From positions 1 to 46,965 of the forward strand of contig CALHXU010000205.1 of NCBI GenBank assembly GCA_938040365.1: a DNA stretch of 46,965 nucleotides, in the 5' to 3' direction. The number at the start of each line of letters is the position of its first letter. The stretch's first letter is position 1. Below are positions 46,768 through 46,965 of this stretch, piece by piece. This DNA is from an uncultured Acidimicrobiales bacterium (lineage in GTDB: Bacteria; Actinomycetota; Acidimicrobiia; Acidimicrobiales; SHLQ01). The position numbers were made by a program, and so were the translations under genes. The notes under the pieces were generated by a model. It had not been told where the DNA came from, did no database searches, and saw only the letters and a list, made by a program, of their open reading frames with translations.

Positions 46768-46965
46768 AACCCAACTAACGCCGTCTCCGACGCACCGCCT
46801 CCGTGGCTCTGGAACGACCCCCGGAGGGCAAGAAACGGTAAGAGAGGGTCTGACCCTGGTTTACCGTTCTCAAAAGCAGGACTTGAGACACCACAAGACA
46901 ACGAGCGCCTCGGGCGCCCAGGCTGCGTGCCGCTTGAACGCTCCCCCTGAAAGGGACAGCACGTG

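Overview
GC-rich window, probably from an actinobacterium (Acidimicrobiia-like). The taxonomy is inferred from gene content (PAC2, DUF2510-RDD) and pervasive leaderless TANNNT promoters, not proven. About 35 genes, mostly housekeeping or envelope (valS, S9 peptidase, fabH, acuI-like, tag, glnB, ltaE, amidase, BON/OmpA proteins). Main result: a compact NRPS cluster at about 13.9-26.6 kb. It has a PltF/PltL/PltE-type prolyl-to-pyrrolyl starter trio and a C-A-T-C-A-T-TE NRPS. The first A domain has an Asn code (DLTKIGEVGK) and is interrupted between A8 and A9 by a ~330-aa Cys-rich SGGKDS PP-loop domain like the AlbIV/CysH amide-dehydratase (AMDH) insert. The second A domain has a His-like code (DSALIAEVWK), and a HupE/UreJ membrane protein lies next to the cluster. 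The inferred product is pyrrole-2-carbonyl-(beta-cyanoAla or other Asn derivative)-His, possibly a Ni/Cu chelator. Other highlights: an ArsC-family selenoprotein truncated by the ORF track (in-frame TGA at the catalytic Cys position plus a GGUC-loop SECIS hairpin); a DEDD exonuclease with no canonical start codon (ATC at the leaderless position); a DNA methyltransferase-fusion/nuclease-like cassette; a CapA-like pseudoenzyme; and a family of REP-like palindromic repeats between convergent genes. No rRNA, tRNA, CRISPR array or transposase was seen. All calls are by-eye motif recognition; no searches were run.
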